This document shows, one piece after another, positions 9,375-19,266 of a DNA stretch of 29,001 nt. Below the pieces are notes generated by a model. The model was given only the letters and a program-made list of their open reading frames with translations. It did not search any database and was not told where the DNA came from. The stretch is from Oligoflexia bacterium. GTDB taxonomy: Bacteria > Bdellovibrionota > Bdellovibrionia > JABDDW01. The stretch covers positions 1 to 29,001 of the forward strand of contig JAYTHU010000152.1 of the NCBI GenBank assembly GCA_043732305.1, read 5' to 3'. Position 1 is the first letter of the stretch, and each line of letters begins with the position of its first letter. The translations under genes were made by a program, and so were the position numbers.

Positions 9375-10376
9375 CTAAGAGTTATCTTTCCCGAGCCAAC
9401 GCAGAGCATTTTTATAAAGTAATTTTTCTCGCTTCATATTTTCTGGATAAGTTTGACCAATCAGTTTACCTGGTTCGTTTTCTCCAAGTGGAAAAGGATA
9501 ATCAGAACCGAGCATGATCGAATCTTCGCCAAACACATTGGCTATAAGTCTTAGGATTTCTGGATCGTGCACAAGACTATCTACAAAGAATCGGCCCAGA
9601 TATTTTTCCGGCGAATGTGGATTGTCTATAGCAAGAAGATCAGGTCTTGCTTCAAAGCCGTGCTTGATCCTGCCAAGAGTTTGCGCAAAACTCCCACCAC
9701 CATGGGCAAACGCCAAGCGCAAGCGGGGAAGTTTTTCTAAAGTTCCAGAGAAAATAAGTGAGCAAATCGCGCGGCTGACTTCTGCAGGCATCCCCACCAG
9801 CCAAGGTAGCCAGTACTTTTGCATTTGCTTTTCGCCCATCATGTCCCAAGGATGAACAAAAACTGCGGCCTCTAATTTTTCACACTCTTGGAAAAAATTG
9901 AAATATTTGGCGTCACCCAGATTTTCACCATTGATGTTCGTCCCAATTTGGACGCCGCTCATTCCAAGATCTTTCATGCACCGATGTAATTCTACGATCG
10001 CAAGCTCGGGATCTTGCAAAGGCACAGAACCCAATCCAAAAAACCGATCTCGGTTGTCACGCACACAGCCTGCAATGTGGTCATTGAGATATTTGCAAAC
10101 TTCGAGCCCATCTTTTGGTTGAGCCCAATAGGAAAACATCACTGGCACCGTGGATAAAACCTGTTGAGTCACGCCGTGCGAATCGAATTCAGAAATTCTT
10201 TTACCGACGTCAAAAAGATTACTCTCTACTTCTCGAAAAAAATGTCCGTCGTCGCGGATCATTTTACAGCAACCGGCCTCATGATGAAGTTCAATAAAAC
10301 CACCGTAGCCAAAAGCTTTTTTGAACGCGGGAATTTCTTTAGGCAATAGGTGAGTGTGAACGTCTATTTTTTGCAT
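9375..10376 (-). CDS. nbaD: 2-amino-3-carboxymuconate-6-semialdehyde decarboxylase (ACMSD, amidohydrolase fold)
   Basis: IDVHTH, STVPVMFSYWA, FVHPWDM, WLVGMPAE, AHGGGSF, GSDYPFPLGE. Start moved to ATG 10376, overlapping the nbaC end. Confidence 0.93.
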   Translation of the reverse strand: MQKIDVHTHLLPKEIPAFKKAFGYGGFIELHHEAGCCKMIRDDGHFFREVESNLFDVGKRISEFDSHGVTQQVLSTVPVMFSYWAQPKDGLEVCKYLNDHIAGCVRDNRDRFFGLGSVPLQDPELAIVELHRCMKDLGMSGVQIGTNINGENLGDAKYFNFFQECEKLEAAVFVHPWDMMGEKQMQKYWLPWLVGMPAEVSRAICSLIFSGTLEKLPRLRLAFAHGGGSFAQTLGRIKHGFEARPDLLAIDNPHSPEKYLGRFFVDSLVHDPEILRLIANVFGEDSIMLGSDYPFPLGENEPGKLIGQTYPENMKREKLLYKNALRWLGKDNS

Positions 10377-10870
10377 GATCGCAGACCACATTTTCTGCAA
10401 GTTGAGTTTGCAGAAGTATTATAAAACCGATCAAAGATCGGCGGAAACTGCGTGACGATATCTGTCAGGTGGAATGATTCTTCATAAAGTTTTTCATCGC
10501 ACTTTTCACAAAACCATTCGAGCTTATCTATTTCGCCTTCAAGACGTTTGCGCTCAATAACAAGTCCGACACTCCCGGCAGGACGCTGAGGAGAATGCAG
10601 AGTATTCGGTGGAAGTAGAAAAATTTCCCCTTCATGAATGGGGCAATCAATCGACTTTCCATTCTCGCGAAGCTTGAGATTCATGTCTCCTTCAACTTGA
10701 TAAAAAAACTCCTCGCCTTGATTGACATGATAATCAGTGCGGGCATTGGGACCGCCAACAACAGTCACAATAAAATCCGTGTCTTCCCAGACCTGTTGGT
10801 TACCAACAGGTGGCTTGAGAAGATTTCTATGTTCATCGATCCATTTTTTAAAATTCAATGGTTTGCGCAT
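10364..10870 (-). CDS. nbaC: 3-hydroxyanthranilate 3,4-dioxygenase
   Basis: LKPPVGN, VGGPNARTDYH, EEFFYQ, HSPQRP; C-terminal CEKC/CRKC rubredoxin-like Fe site of bacterial HAO. Confidence 0.96.
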   Translation of the reverse strand: MRKPLNFKKWIDEHRNLLKPPVGNQQVWEDTDFIVTVVGGPNARTDYHVNQGEEFFYQVEGDMNLKLRENGKSIDCPIHEGEIFLLPPNTLHSPQRPAGSVGLVIERKRLEGEIDKLEWFCEKCDEKLYEESFHLTDIVTQFPPIFDRFYNTSANSTCRKCGLRSCKK

Positions 10871-10881
10871 GATTTAGCCTC

Positions 10882-11334
10882 TCATCCGTTAGACACGGAG
10901 AGTTTATTTTTAGTGGCAATGCATTTGAGCTCAATTGAAATAGGCGTGGGCAAACTTAGAACTTCAACTGTGGTTCGACACGGCTGGTTGCCTTTGAAAA
11001 ACTCCGCATACATACGATTGTAAATTTTAAAATCCTCTTTCATGTGCGTGAGAAAAACAGTCACGTCCACCAAATTTTCCCAACTTGATCCAGCATCCTC
11101 TAGGATATTTTTCACGTTTGTGAAAACTGATTTACATTGAAGTTCAATATCACGAGAAATAACTTCGCCTTTTTCATTCATCACGACTCCAGGAATATCT
11201 TTTGATCCTGGCTGACGTGGACCCACTCCAGATAAAAATAGCAAATCGCCAACTTCCCGGGCGTGCGGGTAAGCACCCAACGGGTCAGGCGCTCTTTGGG
11301 AATTATGATTGGAGCTTATTGAATTTTTGTGCAT
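10882..11334 (-). CDS. RidA/YjgF family protein, probable 2-aminomuconate deaminase
   Basis: APDPLGAYPHA, LFLSGVGPR, LVDVTVFL, PCRTTVEV..LPTPISIELK; operon position. Confidence 0.85.
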   Translation of the reverse strand: MHKNSISSNHNSQRAPDPLGAYPHAREVGDLLFLSGVGPRQPGSKDIPGVVMNEKGEVISRDIELQCKSVFTNVKNILEDAGSSWENLVDVTVFLTHMKEDFKIYNRMYAEFFKGNQPCRTTVEVLSLPTPISIELKCIATKNKLSVSNG

Positions 11335-12794
11335 ATATTTTTTGCCTCGCTAAAAAATTTCAGTGCGTAATCTCCACCTTCGCGACCCATTCCGGATTCT
11401 TTGACTCCTCCGAAAGGAGTTCTAAGATCTCTAAGCATCCAACAATTGATCCAAGCAATGCCCATTTCCAATTTGCGTGCCACGCGATCAGCTTTTACCA
11501 AATCTTCCGTCCAAACACTTGATGCAAGCCCGTAGCGGGTAGCATTGGCCATTTCAATCGCTTCTTCCTCAGAGTCAAAACTTTGAAGTGTCACCACGGG
11601 TCCAAAAATTTCTTCCTGATTGGTTTTGCAGTTCTGATCCAAGCCTTCAACTAGGGTTGGCGCGATGAACCAGCCATTTTTATGTTCGCCGACCATTGAA
11701 ATAGAAGTACCGCCGGTGAGAATGACTCCCCCCTCATCTTCCGCTGTTTCGATGCAAGCCATGACTTTATCAAAGTGAATTTTTGAAACGACCGCACCTT
11801 GATCTGTGCCTTCGGCCATTGGGTCACCTTGTTGCAACTTCAATGTGGCGGCTACAAACGCATTCTTAAATTTTTCATAGATGGATTTTTCAATGAGCAT
11901 TCTCGAACCACAAAGGCAAATCTGTCCTTGGTTAAGAAAAGCAGAGCGCACACTCATCCGAACAGCCTCGGCAAAATCACAATCGGCAAAAACCACAGTT
12001 GCATTTTTCCCGCCCATTTCGAGAGATAGCTTTTTAAATAAGGGGGCCGCCATTTGTGAAATTTCAGATCCCACTCGAGTCGATCCCGTAAAACTCACCG
12101 CTTTGATTTTTTTGTTTTTCACTAATTCTGAGCCAAGCTTTGCGCCCGACCCATGCACGATATTTAAAACTCCCGGAGGCAATCCAATTTCAACGGCAAT
12201 CCTAGAAAGTAAATACGCAGTCATAGGTGTCACTTCGCTGGGTTTTCCGACGACGCAATTTCCCATCGCCAAAGCAGGGGCGATCTTCCAGGAGAATAAA
12301 TAGAGAGGCAAGTTCCAAGGAGAAATGCAGCTCACAACACCAAGTGGCGAAAAATCCGTGACGTTCAAAGCATTGTTATCTTCAAACTTTTCACCTTTGA
12401 AAGCGAGCAACGCTTCAGCAAAGTATGAAAAATTTTGCGCTGCTCGAGGAATATCTAAAGATCTTGCGAGTGATAGTGGCTTTCCCGTATCTACACTTTC
12501 AGCCAATGCCAATTCTTCTGATCGCTCCAAAATTTTTTCGGCGATTTTAACTAAATATGCTGCACGTTCAGAACGGGATTTTTGAGACCACGCTGGAAAA
12601 GCTTTTGATGCAGCATCAATGGCCAGCTTTACGTCTTCCGAACCTGAATCTGGCAGTCGTGAGTAAACTTCTCCGCGTGCGGGATTATAATTATCAAGCC
12701 ACTTTTCAGAAAGAGCAGGACGAAATTCGCCACCAATGAAATTTTCAATTTCTATCAAGGTCCTGGGTGCAGTCACTGGCATAAACTTTCCCAT
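11316..12794 (-). CDS. Aldehyde dehydrogenase, probable 2-aminomuconate-6-semialdehyde dehydrogenase (ALDH8A1/NbaE-like)
   Basis: ISPWNLPLYL, FTGST, LEMGGKN, NQGQICLCGSR, EEIFGPV, RDLRTPFGG; operon context. Start could be ATG 12782. Confidence 0.9.
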   Translation of the reverse strand: MGKFMPVTAPRTLIEIENFIGGEFRPALSEKWLDNYNPARGEVYSRLPDSGSEDVKLAIDAASKAFPAWSQKSRSERAAYLVKIAEKILERSEELALAESVDTGKPLSLARSLDIPRAAQNFSYFAEALLAFKGEKFEDNNALNVTDFSPLGVVSCISPWNLPLYLFSWKIAPALAMGNCVVGKPSEVTPMTAYLLSRIAVEIGLPPGVLNIVHGSGAKLGSELVKNKKIKAVSFTGSTRVGSEISQMAAPLFKKLSLEMGGKNATVVFADCDFAEAVRMSVRSAFLNQGQICLCGSRMLIEKSIYEKFKNAFVAATLKLQQGDPMAEGTDQGAVVSKIHFDKVMACIETAEDEGGVILTGGTSISMVGEHKNGWFIAPTLVEGLDQNCKTNQEEIFGPVVTLQSFDSEEEAIEMANATRYGLASSVWTEDLVKADRVARKLEMGIAWINCWMLRDLRTPFGGVKESGMGREGGDYALKFFSEAKNICTKIQ

Positions 12795-13438
12795 TCGCCT
12801 TCGAACAAAACGGCGCGAACAGGGCTGGCATCTGAGTCTAAAATTTTGAGTGGTAGAGCAGAGAGAATGTATCGGCCCTCCGAGACTTTATCCAAAACAA
12901 TGCCTTCTAAAATAGCCATGTCATTTTTGAATACCGCTTGATGAGACTCTAGAATCTTGTCTTCGGATAAATCAATCGAAGGAGTGTCTATCCCAATTAA
13001 ACGCACAGATTTGGAAGCTAAAAAATCTATCACCTCTGCCGACAACGCCATGAAATCGCCGTTCCAAACATTAGGATTTGGGAATGAACATGTTTTGAAT
13101 AAAACTCTTGGAGCAGCGATTTGCTTTCCAAGAACTTCCTGTGGTAAATCGCGAAGAGTGATTCGCGAGCCATTACCCCCACGTCGGCATTCCACTTGAA
13201 TGACTTGACAGGGACCAAAATAAAGTTCCAGGGGACGCTCGCTCATTCCAACTCCGGAAACATGATAATGATTTGGAGCATCCGTGTGGGCGCCTATGTG
13301 GGCCGAAGTTTTAAATGACGAAAGCATTAAGTTGTCTTTTTGTTGGAAACTCATTGCCACGGAACGTTCAAACTTTTGATCCCCGGGATATACGGCAGTG
13401 ATTTCTGAAATCAGAGGCGAAATGTCGTGAATCTTCAT
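12773..13438 (-). CDS. kynB: Kynurenine formamidase (cyclase family)
   Basis: DISP, HIGAHTDAPNH metal motif, IGIDTPSID, DASPVRAVL. ATG-ATG start; the second ATG (13438) fits the promoter spacing. Confidence 0.92.
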   Translation of the reverse strand: MKIHDISPLISEITAVYPGDQKFERSVAMSFQQKDNLMLSSFKTSAHIGAHTDAPNHYHVSGVGMSERPLELYFGPCQVIQVECRRGGNGSRITLRDLPQEVLGKQIAAPRVLFKTCSFPNPNVWNGDFMALSAEVIDFLASKSVRLIGIDTPSIDLSEDKILESHQAVFKNDMAILEGIVLDKVSEGRYILSALPLKILDSDASPVRAVLFEGEWESLCQ

Positions 13439-13444
13439 CATTCG

Positions 13445-13495
13445 AACTTATTCCCGAAAAACAAGATTGCCAAGAGAGAAAAAACACCCTAACTT
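13445..13495. promoter_or_regulatory. Back-to-back sigma70-type promoters with overlapping -35 boxes
   Basis: Minus: TTGGCA(13473-68)-N17-TAAGTT-N6-ATG(13438). Plus: TTGCCA(13467-72)-N17-TAACTT-N10-ATG(13506). No SD on either side. Confidence 0.55.
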
Positions 13496-13505
13496 TTAAG
13501 CACCC

Positions 13506-14291
13506 ATGAGTTACCTGCAAAACGGCAAATTAGCCCTCATAGCCCATCGAGGTGGCACCTTAGGTTTTTCATCCGGTCTCCTTCCGGAGAACACCCTCTT
13601 TGCATTTGAACAGACGCTCAAAATTTATCCTCATTTTATATTCGAACTCGACGTCCATCAAACAAAAGATGGCGAGATCATAGTCATGCACGATGATCGA
13701 GTGGACAGAACAACCAATGGCCATGGTGCAATCAGAGATATGTCATGGCTAGAAATTTCAAAACTCGATGCAGGATATCAGACTTCTTTTAAAAATAAAA
13801 AGGTTTCACGCCTTTCAGAAATTTTAGAAGCATTCCCAGAATCAAGAATCAGCATCGAGTTCAAAAATTCCGGATACGAAGAAAAAGTTGGGGAGATTGT
13901 GAAAAAAGCCGGCGCCGAGAATCGCGTTGTTCTGGCAAGTTTCTCCGACGAAATCATAGACACGGCGGCCCATAAAACTTCTGGCCACATTTGCAGAGGC
14001 TACGGGCAAAAAACCATTTCACGCATGCTCGTGGCGGCGCATCTTCATTCGAAATTTTTGGCACCGCGCACCGGAGATGTATTTCAAATACCTTTACGTG
14101 CGAAGAACATTGCAGTTTACTCCAAAAAATTCTTAAAATTGGCTCACGGAATTTCCAAGCATGTTCACGTCTGGACCATCAATGACGAACCCACTATGGA
14201 GTTACTTATCAGGGATGGGATCGACGGAATCGTGACGGATAATCCACAAGCATTATTTAATGTGGCGAAAAAACTTAACAAAATAACTTGA
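13506..14291 (+). CDS. Glycerophosphodiester phosphodiesterase family protein
   Basis: IAHRGG, PENTLFAF, ELDVHQTKDG, HDDRVDRTTNG, VHVWTIND, GIVTDNP; no signal peptide. Confidence 0.93.
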   Translation: MSYLQNGKLALIAHRGGTLGFSSGLLPENTLFAFEQTLKIYPHFIFELDVHQTKDGEIIVMHDDRVDRTTNGHGAIRDMSWLEISKLDAGYQTSFKNKKVSRLSEILEAFPESRISIEFKNSGYEEKVGEIVKKAGAENRVVLASFSDEIIDTAAHKTSGHICRGYGQKTISRMLVAAHLHSKFLAPRTGDVFQIPLRAKNIAVYSKKFLKLAHGISKHVHVWTINDEPTMELLIRDGIDGIVTDNPQALFNVAKKLNKIT

Positions 14292-14300
14292 GGAGACATC

Positions 14301-15023
14301 ATGAATTACGCTTACGCCACCGCCCCCGGGGCCATCAAAGTTGCAATGAAACTAGACTCGTGGGATTTGGTCATGCAAGCGGGATTCACGGTCAAACTTG
14401 TGCTTCTTTTGTTGCTTGTCTTTTCTATCGTCAGCTGGGGAATTATTTTCACCAAAAAAATGCAACTGACGGAACTCTCAATCGTGAATTCCAAATTTCT
14501 CGATTATTTTTGGAAAGCTGGGAGCTTAGATAAAATCTTTGAAGAACTTGGAAGATTTAAAACGAGCAGTCTTGCCAGTGTCTTCGCCGCTGGTTACGGC
14601 GAAATTCAGAAATTAGCCGAAAGTCAAACCACCAAAGGCGATGGGCTGATTGGTGGGCAGATAGACAATGTGGCACGTGCGATGAGAAAAGCCAGCGACA
14701 ACGAAATTGCAAAAATTGAAAGTCGAACGGCCTTTTTAGCCACAGTCGGAAGCACCGCGCCATTCATTGGATTATTTGGAACCGTCTGGGGAATCATGAG
14801 TGCATTTCAAAATATTGGTGCCACCGGTTCTGCATCACTCGCAGTGGTGGCCCCTGGAATTTCCGAAGCGCTGATCACCACAGCTGTTGGACTTGCGGCC
14901 GCAATTCCCGCAGTCATGGGATACAATTACTTTGTTGGAAAATTCAAAAAGCAAGATTTGGAAATCAGTAATTTCAGTGCCGATTTTTTAAATATTGTTA
15001 AACGCAATTTTTTTAAGGAATAG
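14301..15023 (+). CDS. tolQ: Tol-Pal proton channel protein TolQ
   Basis: SIVSWGII, FLATVGSTAPFIGLFGTVWGIM, VAPGISEAL, GLAAAIPAV; GAGGAG SD. Confidence 0.93.
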   Translation: MNYAYATAPGAIKVAMKLDSWDLVMQAGFTVKLVLLLLLVFSIVSWGIIFTKKMQLTELSIVNSKFLDYFWKAGSLDKIFEELGRFKTSSLASVFAAGYGEIQKLAESQTTKGDGLIGGQIDNVARAMRKASDNEIAKIESRTAFLATVGSTAPFIGLFGTVWGIMSAFQNIGATGSASLAVVAPGISEALITTAVGLAAAIPAVMGYNYFVGKFKKQDLEISNFSADFLNIVKRNFFKE

Positions 15024-15028
15024 AAGAT

Positions 15029-15490
15029 ATGAGCTTTTCTACTAGTTCTGGTAATTCTGGTGGTTCCGGATCCGATGGGAGACCCAGCCGAACTACCTTG
15101 AGTGAAATCAATGTCACACCATTGGTGGACGTCATGCTTGTTTTACTAATTATTTTTATGGTGACAGCCCCAATGATGCAGCAAGGGATCGAAGTAAAAC
15201 TCCCAGAAACTAACAATGCAGGTATGGCTCTCAAAGAAGATCCGTTTGTTATTGTTATCAAACCTTCATCGACATCAATGTCAGGTCATATTTTTCTAGA
15301 TAAAATGGAACTCCCGCTTCCGAATCTTAAAGCGAAACTTTCTGCCATCTTTGCAACCAGACGCAGCAAAGAGGTTTATCTGCAAGCTGATAGAACAGTT
15401 GCTTACGGATTTGTGGCTGAAGTTATGGCAGAAATAAAGGGCGCGGGAATTTCCGGCATCGGTCTTGTAACTATGCCGAAATCTCAGTAG
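15029..15490 (+). CDS. tolR: TolR (ExbD/TolR family)
   Basis: SEINVTPLVDVMLVLLIIFMVTAPM, LQADRTVAYG. Confidence 0.93.
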   Translation: MSFSTSSGNSGGSGSDGRPSRTTLSEINVTPLVDVMLVLLIIFMVTAPMMQQGIEVKLPETNNAGMALKEDPFVIVIKPSSTSMSGHIFLDKMELPLPNLKAKLSAIFATRRSKEVYLQADRTVAYGFVAEVMAEIKGAGISGIGLVTMPKSQ

Positions 15491-15495
15491 CAAAT

Positions 15496-16278
15496 ATGGC
15501 AAGTAAAACAGCCAGCAAAAGTATTTTCGAACTTTCGGAAACCGAAATTTTCAAAAAAATGATCACAGTGTCATTGGCTTTGCACGTGAGCATTTTTCTT
15601 TTCATGGGACTCAAGGCTACTTTTTTTCCAAAGCAATCCATAAATTATGAATCTGCGATTAAAGTAGATCTTGTGGCTCTTCCTGATAAACTTTCTGAGA
15701 TACCTCCACCAACACCCACAGCTCCTGCAGCAAAAACTCCCCCGCTCAAAGCCGAGCCCATGAAAAAAACTGTGGTAACCAAACCAATTATTAAAGATCA
15801 GGCCATATCTCTCAGGAAAAAAAGTTTGGATCGCATCAAACAATTTGAGAAGGAAGAAAAACAAAAAAGTTCGATTGAAAAAATTCAGACGGAAGTCCGT
15901 AAGGAAGCTGCTCAAGAACGTGCAGACAAGTTAAAAAAGCTTTTGGTCAAAGGAAATGCAATAAGTCCAGGCACTGCGCTCAAAGGTCTAGATAGATCCG
16001 AATTCAACGAATATATCGGACAACTCCATTCGCAAGTTCAAGAGCACTGGAACTTGCCCGAGTGGCTTTCCAATGCTAACCTTAAGGCATCTGTCGCAGT
16101 TTTTTTGGACAACTCTGGAAAAGTAGTCAAGCGCGTGATTGAGCAAAGTTCTGGCGATAGCCGATTTGACGACTACGCTCTCAAATGCATCGATGACTCT
16201 TCACCATTTCCAGCGCCACCAGAAAAATTCAAAGACATAGTTCACCTCGATGGAATTCGATTTCGCTTTCCACAGTAA
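15496..16278 (+). CDS. tolA: TolA/TonB-type energy transducer
   Basis: Single TM with SxxLH (SLALH), Pro/Lys-rich linker, C-terminal SSGDSRFD...SPFPAPP domain; lies between tolR and tolB. Confidence 0.8.
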   Translation: MASKTASKSIFELSETEIFKKMITVSLALHVSIFLFMGLKATFFPKQSINYESAIKVDLVALPDKLSEIPPPTPTAPAAKTPPLKAEPMKKTVVTKPIIKDQAISLRKKSLDRIKQFEKEEKQKSSIEKIQTEVRKEAAQERADKLKKLLVKGNAISPGTALKGLDRSEFNEYIGQLHSQVQEHWNLPEWLSNANLKASVAVFLDNSGKVVKRVIEQSSGDSRFDDYALKCIDDSSPFPAPPEKFKDIVHLDGIRFRFPQ

Positions 16279-16304
16279 GAACAACACCAAGAATACGAGG
16301 CCTC

Positions 16305-17696
16305 ATGAAATTCTTAGCATTGCTCATCTCTTTATTAGTTTTAAACACCCATGCCTTAGCAGACGATGTTGATTCGGATCGTATTTACATCAACGTTGGT
16401 GATGCTAAAGTAAAAAAGAGTCTCTTGGCTTTTCCTCCGCTCTTACTCGAAAGCACTCCTTCCCTTTCGCCTAACTACAAAGCTGTGGGTGCCGAGCTTT
16501 ACAACACAGTCATTAATGACTTGGAAGTGACAAACTTATTCACGTTCATAAAACAAGAGGCATACCTTGAAGATGTTGCAAAAGTAGGCCTCACTCCTGC
16601 ACCCGGGAATCCCGCAGGTTTTAAATTTGATAGTTGGGCAAAAATCGGCTCCGACTTTTTACTGCGCGGTGGTTATACACTCAGTGCTGATAAAAAATTA
16701 GAAGTCGAAATTTATCTCTACTACGTTCCACAAGCAAAACTCATCTTAGGTAAAAAATATCTTGCCGATACCAAAGAGATCAGACATACCGCACACACTT
16801 TTGCAGATGACGTCATGAAGGCACTCACCGGCAAAAAAGGAATGTTTAGAACCAAATTTGCGGTGGCTTCAGACAAAGCTGGGAACGGTTGGAAAGAAAT
16901 TTACATTATGGATTGGGACGGAAGGAATTCCGTAGGAGTGACCAATCACCGAAGTATTTCAATGTCGCCTAGCTGGAGCCCCACCGGAAAAACAATTGCG
17001 TACACTTCATTTGCCTATCATCCCAAACTTCATTCTAGAAACGCTGATCTTTTTACTTATGATATTTTCGAAGGCAAACGTTATTTGGTAAGCAGTCGGC
17101 GCGGACTCAATTCCGGCAGTACATTTTCTCCTGATGGCAAATGGATTTATTTGACGATTTCTCAAGGTGGGGATCCTGACATATATAAAATGACCCTTGA
17201 AGGGGATCAACTCACGCAACTCACTCATGGACCACGCAACACATTGAACGTGGAACCCAATGTTTGCAAAGAAGGAAATAAGCTCGCGTTTTCTAGCAAT
17301 CGCGCAGGAAACCCCATGGTTTACTCAATGAATTTGGAAGGCTCCGCAGTCAAGCGCCTCACTTTTGCCGGAAAATACAATTCCTCTCCTAGCTACTCGC
17401 CCGATGGAAAGAAAATCGCTTTTGCAGGTCAAGACAGAGATCACTTTGATATATTTGTAATGAATGAAGATGGATCGGGAATGATTCGTGTGACCGAAGC
17501 AAAAAAGGCGAATGGACGCGCGGCCGACAATGAAGACCCATCGTTTAGTCCCGATGGTCGTTATCTGGTTTATAGTTCAAACCGTAGCGGAAAAAATCAG
17601 ATCTATATTTCGACTGCAGATGGCACCATGGAGAGAAGAATCACCACGGACACTCACAACTATTTCAAACCCCGCTGGTCGCCCTATTTAGAATAG
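16305..17696 (+). CDS. tolB: Tol-Pal beta-propeller protein TolB
   Basis: Signal peptide, N-terminal domain ending AHTFADDV...LTGKKG, repeated PxWSPDG (PD40) blades. Confidence 0.92.
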   Translation: MKFLALLISLLVLNTHALADDVDSDRIYINVGDAKVKKSLLAFPPLLLESTPSLSPNYKAVGAELYNTVINDLEVTNLFTFIKQEAYLEDVAKVGLTPAPGNPAGFKFDSWAKIGSDFLLRGGYTLSADKKLEVEIYLYYVPQAKLILGKKYLADTKEIRHTAHTFADDVMKALTGKKGMFRTKFAVASDKAGNGWKEIYIMDWDGRNSVGVTNHRSISMSPSWSPTGKTIAYTSFAYHPKLHSRNADLFTYDIFEGKRYLVSSRRGLNSGSTFSPDGKWIYLTISQGGDPDIYKMTLEGDQLTQLTHGPRNTLNVEPNVCKEGNKLAFSSNRAGNPMVYSMNLEGSAVKRLTFAGKYNSSPSYSPDGKKIAFAGQDRDHFDIFVMNEDGSGMIRVTEAKKANGRAADNEDPSFSPDGRYLVYSSNRSGKNQIYISTADGTMERRITTDTHNYFKPRWSPYLE

Positions 17697-17776
17697 ATTC
17701 TGAAATTATTTACCGAGAAGTATTTGACACGGGCACTGCTATAAAATAAAAATAGTCTTATTGGAGGATTACATTT

Positions 17777-18559
17777 ATGAAAATTTCCTTGGGAAAAGTT
17801 TTTGCTGTGACCTGCGTGCTGAGTTTCTCTTTAATCGCTGGGGCACAACAAACCCCACCGTCTATCCCTATTCCTCCGGAACCACCCTCGGCCACATCGC
17901 CCGAAGGAATGTTGCCTCCAACAAACAACACACCAGAAGTTGGCACTCCACTTGATTCCGCTGCTGGCGCCCCTGCTACTGAAAAAAAACCAAAACTAGA
18001 AACGCATGATGTATCTGTAAAAATCGCCCCCAAAAGTAAAAAAGGACCAAAACGAATGTTTGCTATTTTAGAAACGAATATGGGAAAAATCAAAATCAAA
18101 CTCTTTCACGACAAGGTTCCAAAAACTGTCGACAACTTTGTAGGCCTCGCTGAAGGAACCAAAGAATGGATCGAAGGAAAAGAAAAAAAGAAAACTCATT
18201 TTTACGATGGACTTGTTTTCCATCGAGTGATTCCTAACTTTATGATTCAAGGTGGAGACCCACTTGGAACTGGTACCGGCGGCCCCGGATTCACATTCTC
18301 TGATGAGTTTCATCCCGATCTCAAACACACCAAACCCGGAATGGTCTCCATGGCCAACCGCGGAAAGAACACCAACGGCAGTCAATTTTTTATCACTTTG
18401 GCAGCTACACCTTGGTTGGACAATAAACATTCAATCTTTGGCGAAGTCGTTGAAGGAATGGATGTCGTAGATGCAATTGGCGCAGTTCCTCGCGACATGA
18501 GCAACGACCGACCATTAAAAGCTGTAACTGTTAAGAAAGTTACAATTCTAAGAGAGTAG
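17777..18559 (+). CDS. Secreted cyclophilin-type peptidyl-prolyl isomerase with Pro-rich N-terminal extension
   Basis: Signal peptide ending [57 protein letters not shown] at 17724. Confidence 0.93.
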   Translation: MKISLGKVFAVTCVLSFSLIAGAQQTPPSIPIPPEPPSATSPEGMLPPTNNTPEVGTPLDSAAGAPATEKKPKLETHDVSVKIAPKSKKGPKRMFAILETNMGKIKIKLFHDKVPKTVDNFVGLAEGTKEWIEGKEKKKTHFYDGLVFHRVIPNFMIQGGDPLGTGTGGPGFTFSDEFHPDLKHTKPGMVSMANRGKNTNGSQFFITLAATPWLDNKHSIFGEVVEGMDVVDAIGAVPRDMSNDRPLKAVTVKKVTILRE

Positions 18560-18577
18560 TTTTTAGGCTACTGAGAA

Positions 18578-18604
18578 GTAGGGCGGATTGTTATCTGCCC
18601 CTAC
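18578..18604. terminator. GC-rich hairpin between convergent genes
   Basis: GTAGGGCGGAT-tgtt-ATCTGCCCCTAC; U-tracts are poor on both strands. Confidence 0.5.
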
Positions 18605-18606
18605 AC

Positions 18607-19266
18607 TCAAGATTTAGTTTTCGCTAAAAAATAGTATTGTCCGGTTAGAAAATCATCCATCGCACCTAAAAGAAATTTATTTATAATTTTGTATTTTGAG
18701 GAAGCTGCTAGTTTCCGATGCATCGTTTGGACTTCAAATCCAGTTGCACCCAACAGTGATTCGATTTCTTTCCGGGTGAAAAAGCGCACGTGATCGATGT
18801 CCAAAATTCCCGACTCCTCATATCCAAACTCACCCTTAAATATTAAGGCACGAAGAACGCGGTAGTTCTGAACATTAGGTATAGATAAAAGAATCGAACC
18901 ACCTGGCTTTAGATAAGCTTTGAACTTTAACAGTGTGCCCCAAGGGTCATATAAATGCTCGAGAACATCAGCAAAGACAAGACAGTCAAAAGTGCCTTCA
19001 CCCAAATCAAAATCATCTTTGTCTAAATCTCCGGAGAATACAGCGTGAATGTTGCTTCGCGCCTTAGCCGCAGCAACTGGATTGAGTTCAATGCCTGTGA
19101 TCTCTCCATTAAAATTCTTCCAGTGCTCTGCCGACCCACAGCCCACATCAAGAATTTTGCGACAGTTTGCAGGAATCATGGCGAACAAATCGGCCCGATC
19201 GCCAACAAAATATGTTTCGGGTTTTGTGAATCTCTGAGTAATATTTTTTTCTTCAATAACTTTCAT
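18607..19266 (-). CDS. Class I SAM-dependent methyltransferase of the glycan-cluster type
   Basis: ILDVGCG, FDCLVFADVLEHLYDP, LKPGG..LSIPN, GILDIDHVRFFT; start overlaps the regulator stop by 1 nt. Confidence 0.9.
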   Translation of the reverse strand: MKVIEEKNITQRFTKPETYFVGDRADLFAMIPANCRKILDVGCGSAEHWKNFNGEITGIELNPVAAAKARSNIHAVFSGDLDKDDFDLGEGTFDCLVFADVLEHLYDPWGTLLKFKAYLKPGGSILLSIPNVQNYRVLRALIFKGEFGYEESGILDIDHVRFFTRKEIESLLGATGFEVQTMHRKLAASSKYKIINKFLLGAMDDFLTGQYYFLAKTKS

